Position numbers and translations under genes: made by a program. Below, in pieces: positions 51,767-62,664 of a stretch of 64,000 nt of DNA (its first letter is position 1; each line of letters opens with the position of its first letter). Origin of the DNA: a virus. The stretch is from positions 56,615 to 120,614 of IMG/VR virus record IMGVR_UViG_3300020048_000048; one strand, given 5' to 3'. The notes beneath the pieces are model-generated. The model saw only the letters and a program-made list of their open reading frames with translations, was not told the origin of the DNA and did not search any database.

Positions 51767-52496
51767 CAAGGAGAATGTTATGGAAATGACTTTTGATTTT
51801 ATTACAAAAACGTCTCAAGTTCCTCATTTTTCTGTGTTGGCAAAAATTCGTATGGAAGACGTGGAGGATTTTACAGAAAGGTCTTTCGCACTTATCGAAG
51901 ACGGTACGGGATTGTATGTGTTCATGAACGCAATGTTTACCAAAGACGGATGGCTTGTTTCCAAACGTATTGAAGGTGCTGATTGTAGAATTATTTGGAC
52001 GAAAGCTGGACCAAGAGTTTCTGCCTTGTTGAACAGGGGGCTAAGATGAAAGTGTTCCATTACTTTGGAAGATGTTATATTTTATTAACGCCACAAGGTG
52101 AAGAATACGCCATGGTAAGGAAAGTTATTGACTGGTGGATTATTAAAAAAGATGAAGAAGTTTGGCATAGGGTCGGACCTAAGGTAGTTGAATTTTTAGA
52201 AAAAGAAATTTCTAAAGAAACTGAAGTTGAAAACATCTCTTTAAGTGAGGACAATATTCTCAATTACTTAAAAATGGGGCTGTTATGAATATTAATGTGT
52301 CGTAATCGTCATAATATTGACCTACAAGGCGTGTTAAATATTTATTAAAGGCATAACACCTAATTTGTATAAAAAATCATTGTAAGTCAAAATTAAACGT
52401 TTTTTTTAATACAAATTTTTAAACGGAATTTAAAAAAACTCCTAAAGCTTTTTAAAAAAGTGCCGATAAGTTGTATATACAAACAAGGAGGCACTT

Positions 52497-53552
52497 ATGA
52501 AAAGAATTACAATAAAAAGTTTAAAAGACCTTTTAAAATCCCTTGAAAAATTTGATAAAGAAATTTACACACTTGAAGTAAGTGCTCCTTACTTTTATAC
52601 AAAAGAAACTTTTGAAAAAATGGAAAAAGGAGTTAAGCTCCTTTACTGGGAAGAAATTGAAGTTGTGGATGTTGAGTTAAAAATTAAAAAAATTGAAGGT
52701 TTTGAATACCTTGGTAAATTTGAACAAAAGGACGGAATAGAAGTCGCCTCTTTTGAAAACACAGTTCCTCAAATACAAGACAAATACCACTGCGACCATT
52801 GCAATACGAACCGCCAAAGAAAGACCGTTTACATCTTTAAAAAAGAAGACGGCACTTTTTTCCGTATCGCAAGCTCTTGTGTTGTGAAATATTTTGGAAT
52901 ACAAGGGGAAAAAATCATAAGCGCAATGCATGTGCACGACGCATTTTTAAAATCCATTGAAGCTAATGATGATTTTGAAAACTGTGTCGTAAAAACATTT
53001 CGCTTAGAGGACATTATTGCAACTGGACTTTACTATAACATGAGCTTCACAAATGCGAAAGAAGACATGGGATTCACTTACAGAAACATCCAAAGTGCAG
53101 AAACACGTCAAGAAGAGGTAAACATGGTTAAGGCTTTTGTTGAATCTCTTGACCAATTTTCTTCAGACTGGGCGTTCAATTTAAAACAAATTATAAACAA
53201 TGAAAGAATTACTGAAAAACATATAGGGTTAGTTTGGAGTGCTTCAGTTGCCTTCTTAAAAAATCAAGTTAAGCAAAAATTGTTAAATAAGAAAGATGGA
53301 TTTGTGGGTAAAGTAGGTGATAAAATGGAAATGGAACTAACATTTGTGTCAATGGTTAGTTTTGAGAGTAATTTTGGAATGACAAGGATTTATAAGTTTT
53401 TAACAAAAGAAGGTCAAGTAATTGTTTGGAAAACCAGCACTTTAGTAAATTTTGACAAACATTCACCTGTAAAGGCAAAATTTACAGTAAAGGAGCACAG
53501 TGTGTATAAAGAAGAACAACAAACTTTAGTCTTGAGATTGAAGATCCAGTAA
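52497..53552 (+). CDS. Hypothetical phage protein (CxxC plus possible C-terminal OB fold)
   Basis: CDHCNTNRQR...ASSC and FVGKVGDK...VWKT...TVKEH motifs; near-consensus TAAAGCTT-N11-GCCGATAA promoter. Confidence 0.6.
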   Translation: MKRITIKSLKDLLKSLEKFDKEIYTLEVSAPYFYTKETFEKMEKGVKLLYWEEIEVVDVELKIKKIEGFEYLGKFEQKDGIEVASFENTVPQIQDKYHCDHCNTNRQRKTVYIFKKEDGTFFRIASSCVVKYFGIQGEKIISAMHVHDAFLKSIEANDDFENCVVKTFRLEDIIATGLYYNMSFTNAKEDMGFTYRNIQSAETRQEEVNMVKAFVESLDQFSSDWAFNLKQIINNERITEKHIGLVWSASVAFLKNQVKQKLLNKKDGFVGKVGDKMEMELTFVSMVSFESNFGMTRIYKFLTKEGQVIVWKTSTLVNFDKHSPVKAKFTVKEHSVYKEEQQTLVLRLKIQ

Positions 53553-54066
53553 TTCCTCATAGTATACAAATTTTTCCACATATTCACCATTTGAACTATG
53601 CTCATTAATAATATGACACAACTTGTACCCAATACAAAAGGCGTTAGTCATCTTAGTAAATTTTACACTTTCAATACAACCGATATTATTACTTAATAGT
53701 TTCCCAACACCGTTGATGTATTTTTCGTAAATATCTAATGACGTTTTGTCAATCTCATGATGGATTTTATTTCCAGTAAATTTCACGGAAACATAATGCA
53801 AATCCCTGATTACCTCAAAACCTAAACTTTCTAAAACATCTTCCGTTAGATGGTATAGTGGTTTTGAAAAAGAATAACACATGATGTTAAAAACAACATG
53901 TAACAAATCTTCAAGAACTTTTGAAGACACTGGTAATTCACTATAACGAGTCAGAACACTGTTTACAAATGGTTCCATAGAACCTCCTTTAAAAAATGAC
54001 ACCACTACCAACACTGGAGGGGTCCTTTTATATAACGGAACTTTTTTAAAAAACTTAAATTTATTT

Positions 54067-54457
54067 CTAAAGTTTTTTTAAATTGCTCCGATAAGTATAA
54101 TAGGAGGTGATTTATGAATGAAAAAACATATTGGAATTATTTGGACAAAGTTATTGCTCACGAAAGTGTAGAGCATCCAATATTATCCGTGGTTGTTATT
54201 GGTAACAAGTTGCAATTTAACTGCCCATTTGGTAACTCTTCACGTTATTTTTCATTAAGACGACGATACCAAGAAGAAATAGGTGAGCCAATCGATTTAC
54301 CTCTTGAAATAAGGGGAATTTACAATTTTCATTTACATGGGAAAGTGGAAAAGTCAAAAATTGAACAAGAGTTTAAAAAATTAGGCTACACGGTAGAATT
54401 TTTGTAAAAAGTCCTAAAGTTTTTTTAAATTGCTCCGATAAGTATAATAGGAGGTGA
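54067..54457 (+). repeat. Two identical 44-bp promoter+RBS cassettes (54067-54110, 54414-54457)
   Basis: CTAAAGTTTTTTTAAATTGCTCCGATAAGTATAATAGGAGGTGA occurs twice. Confidence 0.9.
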
Positions 54458-56438
54458 CTTTATGAACGAACTTATGATACAACAAGCTTTAGACCAAGTA
54501 AAGGTTTACAGAAACATTGCATTGGGAAGAGGCGATTCTGAGGCAGTAAAAAGACTTGACCAAAGAATTAAGGAATTAAAAGAAATGCTTGAAATTTTAA
54601 GAATGGAGGCATTATGAGTTTTTATAGAGGGGAAACCCAAAAAGAGCAGTTTTGTCCAACAGCACAGGAGTCACAAGACTGGTATTTGAAAACCTATTTC
54701 AAAGAAGTGGAAAGAGAAGAGTTTTATGCAAAAATGGACTCTTACAGTGATAAAAACATAGATATCATCAGGTGTATGTTCCAAGCCAAAGGTTGTTACG
54801 ATGCAGAGTGGCGATTCAGGTATGGTGGTAAAGTATTTGGTTTTGATTTATCTGGACCAAGTAAACAAACCCGTTATTTTCTTCACAATGACGTTTTAAG
54901 TTAAAGTTTTTTAAAAAAGGTCCGTTAAGTATAATAGGAGGTGTTTATGGAAGATTTGGTAAAAGGTGATATCGGAAAACTGTTAGAAAAACTTAACAGC
55001 CCCTGTGTAAAGAAGAGTACGGAGGAGTTGTTAGAAATTGAAAAAGACAAGTTTCAGAGGTTAGAACACTTACTTTATAAAATTGAACAAGTTTTATACG
55101 GAAGTAAAGATCTCAAGGACATTGCAGAGATTGTTTTTGATCCGTGGATCTTCGACCACTGGGTGGAACATTTCTACAAAGGAAGTAATAATGAGAACCT
55201 TGTTGAATGAAATGACCAATATTGGACTGAACTATGGTAATGGTGGGCCTAAGAACGTAGAGTTGAACATCGCTATTGTTTTAAAAGAACGATACGATGA
55301 TATTAATGGCTTTGTTGCTGAATTGGTCGACCATTGTATTGAAAACCACAAGACAATCCAACCCTCAAAAGTATTTTTAAGCGGGACTCCTTTAAGGGTT
55401 TGGAAAGTTATTTGTTACAAGGTTTTTAAAGAAACGCAAGACCTTAGGTGGAAAACTAATGTTGAAAAAGGTCCTGAAGTTGTTATTAACAATGCGTTTG
55501 CGGTAAAAATGCGTGGCTATGATGAAGACTTTTTACTGTTCAATATTCTTACAGCAAAACAAACTCGATTTAAAACTAAAAACCATTGGAGGATGTATGA
55601 TGGAAAATGAATGTGTTGAGGTGTTTCTTGAAAATGAAGAGCTTGTAATTGAGTATAGTTCTGGCTTAAAGTTTAAGCTTGATAAGAATGTTACTGATAA
55701 GGTTTTAAAAACTTGTTTTAGCTTATTTGAAAGGTTGGGGTGACAAAGTGAATGAAGAACTTCAACAATCGCTGGGAGAGCTTGTTACTTTGGTAAAAAG
55801 TGGGATAAGCAACCTCCCACCATTTTTAGAAAAACTTTCAAACGAACTTGCCATAAAGAGTGTTATAAATGGTAGTTTGGGAATGCTTATAAGCCTATTA
55901 TTGTTTATATTTTCTGCATTTATAATGAATAAAATTTGTAGAAAAGAAGATTTAGGGGAAGGGGACGTTGCACTGGCTCTAACGTTAGGTATAGTTATGT
56001 TTATTTCAGCTTTTTCATTTATTGTTGGCATTCAATCTGTGGTTCAAGGTTTATTTGCTCCAACAACGGTGCTTATAGACTATCTACAAAGCCTCACAAA
56101 GTAAGGAGTTTTAAATGAAGGCAATTGTGTCTGTCAATAAAGATGAGGTGATATTGTTCCCAAATTGTATTACTGAGTTTATTGATAACGAATTTAAATA
56201 TTTCGAGTTACCTTCATGGAAAAGGCGTGAGATGAAAGAATGGTTTGAACAAGTATGTCAAGTTTACGATGAAGACAAAGATTCTGCATTCTTACTCCTT
56301 GATGAAATGAAAGATGCTGATTACAAAGAATGTTCTTCATTCCTTAGGGGCGAAATCCATTTGATGGACACTATTTTGATAAGGCATTAATTCTAAAGTT
56401 TTTTAAAAATCTTCCGTTAAGTAACGCAAGGAGGTCTT

Positions 56439-56894
56439 ATGAACATTTTCATTTTAGACGAGAACTTAAAAACATCAGCTGAAAAACTTTTTGAATTAGA
56501 CCCTGTAAGAGCTAGAAAACAAATTGTGGAGCTAACACAAATGTTGGCTTGTTGCGTTGATGTAGAACTAAAGAAGAGTAATGGAGATGTTTATAAAACG
56601 CCTAAAAGTATTTGTAACCATCCAGCTACGATTTGGGTAAGAGCTAATATTAGTTATTGCATTCAATACTTGCAAGAGCTAATATTCGCCTATGGCAAGC
56701 CTCACGGATGTGACGAAGCGTTAGCTCAACTATTGTTCTTAAGTGACTTTAGAGGCGATGTAAATCTGGGTTGGCACACAAAGAAAGTTACAGCGGAAGA
56801 GTTGTTAGGTAGAGTTGTAAAGTGTAATGCTGACATTTGCGAAGCTAACACACTTTACATTAAAGAAAAACTAAAGGGCAACTATAAGAATTGA
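56439..56894 (+). CDS. Pyrimidine-dimer DNA glycosylase-like protein
   Basis: MNIFILD...KQIVE..QML...YK......HP.TIWVR pattern. Confidence 0.65.
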   Translation: MNIFILDENLKTSAEKLFELDPVRARKQIVELTQMLACCVDVELKKSNGDVYKTPKSICNHPATIWVRANISYCIQYLQELIFAYGKPHGCDEALAQLLFLSDFRGDVNLGWHTKKVTAEELLGRVVKCNADICEANTLYIKEKLKGNYKN

Positions 56895-58958
56895 GGTGAC
56901 TTATGTACAGGTTTATTGAGAACTATTCAGGCAATGTGGTGTTCTGTTACAACTTTGAGGACATCGGTGTTTATAATCCAATTGAGAACATTGACAAACC
57001 TGATTTTTTAAAAGAAGGTTTCCCAGAGCTTGAGGAGATGGTAGAGAAATTAAAAACCATGGACAAAGATGATTACTATTACCCAGACTTGTTAGAAGAG
57101 TTTTACAATGAGGCTTTAAAGTTAGAAGCCTCAGAGTATATTGAAAACTGCACTGTGCATAGGGGGTTTATCACAGTTCCTTACAGTGACGGAGTGGAGT
57201 TTGAATGGTAATTCATTTCATAAGGAGTTTAGATTTTAAAAAAACCTGTAAGCTTGAAAGAGTTGATGCGGGTATTGCAGGAAGGGAGTTTGTAATCTTT
57301 GAGCTTGGTGGTGAATATTTTCGTTTCATCAATCATAATGAAGTTATTAATCAAAGGTTTAGTAACTTAACAAAAAGTGAACAGCTACAATTTGAAGTTG
57401 AGTTTTACGACACTTTAATGCATAGCGAACATTCATTTTTTGATTTTCTAACCAAGCATGAAGATGTGTTGTTTTACAAAGTGATTTTAGGAACCATTAG
57501 AAACAGGAGGGGTAATGAACGTAAGTGAAGTAATTAAAGCATTTAACGACTTGGCTGAAAAGTTGAAGGAGTATGAGAAAGAGAATGGCAGGACCATTTT
57601 TATTGTGGACGATGATGTTGTGGACACGATTCAAAACCAGCTTAATGAAATTGCTCTTTCAAATGTGGCAATGAATCATTTTACAGCGAGGAAGTTTGTG
57701 TGGAAGAAGGGTTGAGATTTGCGTACTTCCTAATGGAAGACGAAGTAAAGGTTTGCCTAATTACAAAAGGTGGTACTGTAATAAACTACTTTTACCACTC
57801 TACTTTAGCAGATATTGAAAGCGTAAAGAAAAGTGCTAAAGAGTTATATTTAGAATTTTTAGACAAACAGTCAGAAGAGTTGACAGAAGCAGAATTGCAA
57901 CAACTAAATCCAGAAAACTGGAAGGAGATTTGAATGATTTGTAGCAAGTTTACAGTTTTATTAGTTTCAGGTGAGCGTATTGCAATTTACACACTCTCAC
58001 AAGATGCACGAGACGACGTTAACCATAAACTTCACAGTTTAGCTTGTTTAGCTCACACATTTGAAGAAGAATGTAAGTTCGACAAAACAACGGATATTAG
58101 CATTATGTACAATCACGACTCACTGTTAAGAGTGTGTTTGACAAGTAGAGGGTTTGCAGGGTATACTGAAGAAGAGACGGTGTTGAGGGAAAAAGATGAT
58201 AAAGATGTAGCTGAGTAAAAGTTTAACTAAAATAACGATCCTTTGCTTGTAGAATTAATCTTAACACCTTCTCTTTTTCATAACCAAGTTTTTCAGATAT
58301 TAACCCTGCCAATATTTCATCCGTTATGTATAAATCCGTGTCCAACTTATTCAACCCATAATAATCATACTTCAGCTCTAAGGTAAACTCTTTCATATGG
58401 CAAGTGACAGATGAATCACTCCACATACTATTTTCAAATGGAACCCTTTTCATAAATTGGCAGGTTAAAATTTCATCATTCCCCATTCTTGTAAAATATA
58501 TTTTCATACGACCTCCTTTTGGTTAATAGCTAACGTAATAATGAGCGTCATTAATCAAGTTTAACTTAACAATTACTGGGCGGTTAATTTGTCTATCAAT
58601 AGCCTCCTCAATTTCGTGCTTTAATGTTTGCACAGGATAACTATTAATGCTGTACTTTTTTAAAAGGAATTTAATCGCATCTAACAGCTCGTTTACCTCT
58701 TCGTTTTTAAGCTCGGCAACTTTGCAGATTGGTCCGTTCATGATTCCTCCTTATTTATTGATTCAATCAAGAGGACTAAGACTCCTCTTCCTCACCATAC
58801 TGTTGTTCAAACTCACCATACTGTTGTTCAAACTCTTCATAAGCTTCACAGTACCCACTCCAATTGTCAACACCGTGGCATACAAGTGTATAAAGGAAAT
58901 CACGACCCTTTATTAATGCGTCGTATTCTTTTTTACTAATCGTAACAGTCACTTTTTC

Positions 58959-59294
58959 CATACATCACCTCCTATATTATTCTTATCGGCAGTTTTCTAA
59001 AAACCTTTAGTTTATTTTTAGGCAAAAGAGGACTAATGAGCTATTAAATGGTTTTCCTCTAACAGCTGTCGTTTTATAGCCTCTTTCCCATAGATCGGGA
59101 TTCCACCTATAAACAGGCATGGAAACTTTTTTACAGTGCGAAATCTTGACTCAGTTACAATTACAACTTCAATGCTTTGTTCCTCTAACCATTTCACAAT
59201 TTCCGCACATGCCTTACTGTTTTCTTTGATTACTAATTCTAACATACATCACCTCCTATATTATTCTTATCGGCAGTTTTCTAAAAACCTTTAG
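58959..59294 (-). repeat. Two identical 52-bp promoter+RBS+ATG cassettes (58959-59010, 59243-59294)
   Basis: On the minus strand, CTAAAGGTTTTTAGAAAACTGCCGATAAGAATAATATAGGAGGTGATGTATG occurs twice. Confidence 0.9.
59033..59245 (-). CDS. Glutaredoxin-like small protein (CxxC degenerate)
   Basis: SKAC...FPCLFIGG.PIYG resembles a thioredoxin fold. Confidence 0.45.
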   Translation of the reverse strand: MLELVIKENSKACAEIVKWLEEQSIEVVIVTESRFRTVKKFPCLFIGGIPIYGKEAIKRQLLEENHLIAH

Positions 59295-59302
59295 CTTTAT
59301 TT

Positions 59303-59869
59303 TTAACTTTTCAAAACTTTATAAACAGAATCTCGTGTTACATTAAATTGTTTGGCAATATTAATAACACTTAACCCTTCTGCTCTTAATTTCAAAACTT
59401 CTTCTTTATTCAATACAGACTTGCGACCAAATTTAACTCCCTTCTGTTTGGCACGCATTCTTCCTTCATTCGTTCTTTCTAAGATACGACCTCTTTCCAT
59501 TGTTGCTATTGCTCCAAGTATTGTTAAGGTCAATTCCCCTACAGCAGAGCTTGTATCAATTCTTTCGTCCAAAAACTCAACCGCCACATTAAGTTCTTTA
59601 AACTTTTTCATAATGTTTAAAAGGTCAAGAGTGTTTCTTGCCAACCTATCTATTTTTGTAACAACAACTTTATCTCCTGCTTCAACCTTGATCAAAAGAG
59701 TTTCTAACTCATTGCGACCTTCAGTGCTTTTTCCAGAAGCGTGTTCAAAGAAGATACGAGATTCTTGCACGCCTGCTTCTAATAATCTACTTTTTTGTGT
59801 TTCCATGCCATTTTTCTGTCCATCAGTTGAAACTCTAGCATATCCAAAAATTCTCATAACGTCCCCCAT
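59303..59869 (-). CDS. Serine recombinase (Tn3 resolvase/invertase type)
   Basis: YARVS catalytic motif, KIDRLAR, ERT.EGR, GRK and a C-terminal HTH. Likely start is ATG 59857. Confidence 0.93.
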   Translation of the reverse strand: MGDVMRIFGYARVSTDGQKNGMETQKSRLLEAGVQESRIFFEHASGKSTEGRNELETLLIKVEAGDKVVVTKIDRLARNTLDLLNIMKKFKELNVAVEFLDERIDTSSAVGELTLTILGAIATMERGRILERTNEGRMRAKQKGVKFGRKSVLNKEEVLKLRAEGLSVINIAKQFNVTRDSVYKVLKS

Positions 59870-59982
59870 GTATAAAAAATCGAGTGTATAACTTCAACTC
59901 TGTATACTTAATTCATCGGCGACTTTTTATACAAACTTTAGGACTTTCTTTAGGTGTATAAAATTCTACAAGTTTTTATACA
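59869..59982. promoter_or_regulatory. Putative res site
   Basis: Repeated TGTATA(AAA) half-sites, including a 28-bp inverted repeat TGTATAAAA-N10-TTTTATACA at 59955-59982, directly upstream of the recombinase. Confidence 0.65.
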
Positions 59983-60031
59983 TCAACTTTTTTAAAGCTT
60001 TTTCATTTTCTTCCGTTAAGGAACTTAAGAG

Positions 60032-61078
60032 GTGTTTCAAATGTGGAAAGAAGTTATGTGCATTTTAGGATTCGACTCAATCCCTTGGGATTATTTCCAA
60101 GTGATCATGATCGTCAATCCGCTAAATAAAGAAGATGAAGAGTTCATCAAAAAGGTGCTCCCTGAAAATTACGAAAATTTAGGGGTATATTACCCTTACC
60201 AATGGAACAACAACACCTCACAGGGCGAATTAAAAGCTTTTTTCAATAAGAATTATGAAGCTCATAGTACTTGGTTTGGGGATATGCCTTTTCATCACGC
60301 TCAGGTTGCGGACTGGGTGAATAGCCACAGGTCTTGGGTAAAAGATGGAGTTGTTTATTGTAAGGGTTGTGTGAATCATCTCATCCCCCCAAACTTACTT
60401 AAGGTGCTTTGTTTGTCTTCGGCGATATACCATGCCGACTGGACTTTTGATAGGAAGAAAGATACTGACATGCAACGCATGAGGGTTTGGATAACCTATT
60501 GTCACATGCCATTAGAAAAGATAAACAAGTACCCTGCGATCATGAATCGGGTGAGCAGTATGCGGATGTACACGACTTACTTTATTGATGAGGAAGAAGA
60601 CCTGAAAGCTGAGATTGAGAGACTGAAAGAGAATTTGCTTTTAAAAGAAAATGAGGTATTGGGATTGAAAAAGGCGCTGGATGAAATGAAGGTTGAGTGG
60701 GATTGTGCAAGAAATAGAGTTAAGGAGAAGTTTAAAAAACAGAAGGAGGAGTATCTGGCTTTAAGGGATGAACTTGAGACTTGGAAGGTTGGAGCACCAG
60801 TGGAAAGACCAGTGGAAAGCAAAATCATTGAAGAAATTAAACCAGTGGAAAGACCAGTGGAAAGCAAAATCATTGAAGAAATTAGATTCCCCAAGTTGGT
60901 TAAAGAAGTGGTCGAGTTACTGTTGGAAGGTAAAAGTCAACACCAAGTAAGTGAATTGTTAAAAATTCATCACTCAGGGGTGGAAGTTAAAACAAAACAA
61001 GCTAAAGAGTTAGGTCTTATAAAAAACATTGGGTCAAGAACTAACCCCAAGTGGATTAAAGGAGAGAGTTATGTGTGA
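60032..61078 (+). CDS. Hypothetical protein with coiled coil and C-terminal winged HTH
   Basis: SQHQVSELLKIHHSGV...GLIKNIGS...W; 45-bp tandem duplication at 60796-60884. Confidence 0.6.
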   Translation: MFQMWKEVMCILGFDSIPWDYFQVIMIVNPLNKEDEEFIKKVLPENYENLGVYYPYQWNNNTSQGELKAFFNKNYEAHSTWFGDMPFHHAQVADWVNSHRSWVKDGVVYCKGCVNHLIPPNLLKVLCLSSAIYHADWTFDRKKDTDMQRMRVWITYCHMPLEKINKYPAIMNRVSSMRMYTTYFIDEEEDLKAEIERLKENLLLKENEVLGLKKALDEMKVEWDCARNRVKEKFKKQKEEYLALRDELETWKVGAPVERPVESKIIEEIKPVERPVESKIIEEIRFPKLVKEVVELLLEGKSQHQVSELLKIHHSGVEVKTKQAKELGLIKNIGSRTNPKWIKGESYV

Positions 61079-61428
61079 CTTTTTTGAAGGCATGGTGAGT
61101 ATGGAATGTTATAAGGATTATTACGATAGTTTACTGAATACTGGAGAAAAAAAGAACCCTGAATTGGTTAAAGAAGCTGTTACGAATGACTTTTTAGCAG
61201 ACTTAATGAATACAGATTTTCCTAAGAAGACAAATATAGAAGTACTCCTTGAAGGTACAGAGGTTCTAATTGTCACAAATGGTCAACACATAACTCTTAG
61301 CATTAACGATATACCAGATTTACAAGAGTCATTAAAAAGAATAGAACGTAGCCATAAATTTATAGACTCGAAAGCTTTTTTGAAAAGTTTGGTATAAAGA
61401 ATACAAGAGTCCAAAGTGGATTAAACCC

Positions 61429-61820
61429 TAAAAAGTTTTTTAGGACGTACAGAAATGTTTTCCCCCATAGGAGAATTTCAGCCCGTTTCACCAGCTATCA
61501 ATAGGTTATGTTCTTTTACCCTCTAAAAAGTAATTTCCCCCGTACAGGAATTTCAAAATGCTTTTGGTGAAAAAAGGTGGTTCATGTAATATCAATGAGT
61601 TAAGGTTTTAAGTTCCTAAAAAGTTATTTTCTCCCCAGAGAAATGTTTTCCCCCTAAGGGAGGATTTGGGTTCAAAACTATGACTACTAATAAAATCAAT
61701 GGGTTAGTTTTTTATGAGGTTAAAAAGTTATTTTTGCCGTACAGGAATTTCAAAAATGACCCGCACGGGAAGTATTGATGGGGTTTGGTAGGGGTTGATG
61801 GGGTAATATTCCTGTACGGG
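61429..61820. repeat. ~100-bp-period imperfect repeats with IHF-consensus sites (candidate origin or packaging site)
   Basis: TAAAAAGT at 61429, 61524, 61617 and 61721; WATCAANNNNTTR at 61496, 61590 and 61694; CGTACAG(G/A)AAT as direct and inverted copies. Confidence 0.7.
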
Positions 61821-62334
61821 ATTGTGGTTATATTATACTTATTGGAATATAGCATAAAAAACTTTAGCCCTTTTTCTTGTGAGGGAAAAAAGACTGGATG
61901 ATTTTTGGGGGCTAAAAGATGGGGCTAACTTTTTACTGGTATCACGTCCTTATGTCCAGTTACCCCTCTTCTTAGCAAGGCTTTGATATTCTTACACTTA
62001 TTATATCACCCTTCTTACTCCTCATTCCCCTCTTTATTCTTTGTTTTTCCTATGCTTTTCTTCTGGTGTTTTTCCTTCTTAAAATCCCTCCTCCTAGCCT
62101 ACACTCTTTCCCCTTCTAAAACCTTCCTCTCTAATTCTTCCTTCCTCTAATCTTATCCTGAATTTCAATTCCTACTTAAAATTTCATTCTGGTGTTTCTT
62201 TTACTTTGAAGATTGTTTATCCCTTAATTTGGCTTTCCTCTAACCTAATACTTCTTTTAAAAGATTCCTAATTACAGAAATATTCTTTTGCTTTTAATTT
62301 TCATTCTCTTCCTGTTGTTTACTCTTGGTTGATT

Positions 62335-62664
62335 TTAAACTGTCAACTCCCAAACGGTCCCGTTCGGCTCTACTTCCACATAATTGAACCCCCGTTTTGG
62401 TAGCATTGCGGTCACCGTTCGGATCGCATCCACATGGCTATCGGTGGTGCGGATCTGCAAAACCGCATGACCGAAGCTGTTTCCCATAATGACTAGCATA
62501 TTTTTATCTGCCTTCTTTGCTAAGGCAAAAGCATGGGCGACAGCGATATTCATATCCGCATAATTTTCTTTATACTCTTTTCGAGTTGCCGTTTGAGACA
62601 ACACGCCCTTTTTTTCCCTTTTTGAAGGAGTATATGTCACTTGGGGATTACTCATTGTTGTCAT
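62335..62664 (-). CDS. Hypothetical protein
   Basis: AAGGAGG SD and a sigma-28-like promoter at 62719-62745. Confidence 0.65.
   Translation of the reverse strand: MTTMSNPQVTYTPSKREKKGVLSQTATRKEYKENYADMNIAVAHAFALAKKADKNMLVIMGNSFGHAVLQIRTTDSHVDAIRTVTAMLPKRGFNYVEVEPNGTVWELTV

Noticed and set aside
58791-58832. 21-bp duplication (EFEQQYG x2), and the 45-bp duplication at 60796-60884
   Set aside because: Simple in-frame two-copy duplications with no evidence of a wider system.
59303-59869. Serine recombinase as the IS607 TnpA partner of tnpB
   Set aside because: It is 17 kb away and its HTH is C-terminal (resolvase type), whereas IS607 TnpA has an N-terminal HTH.
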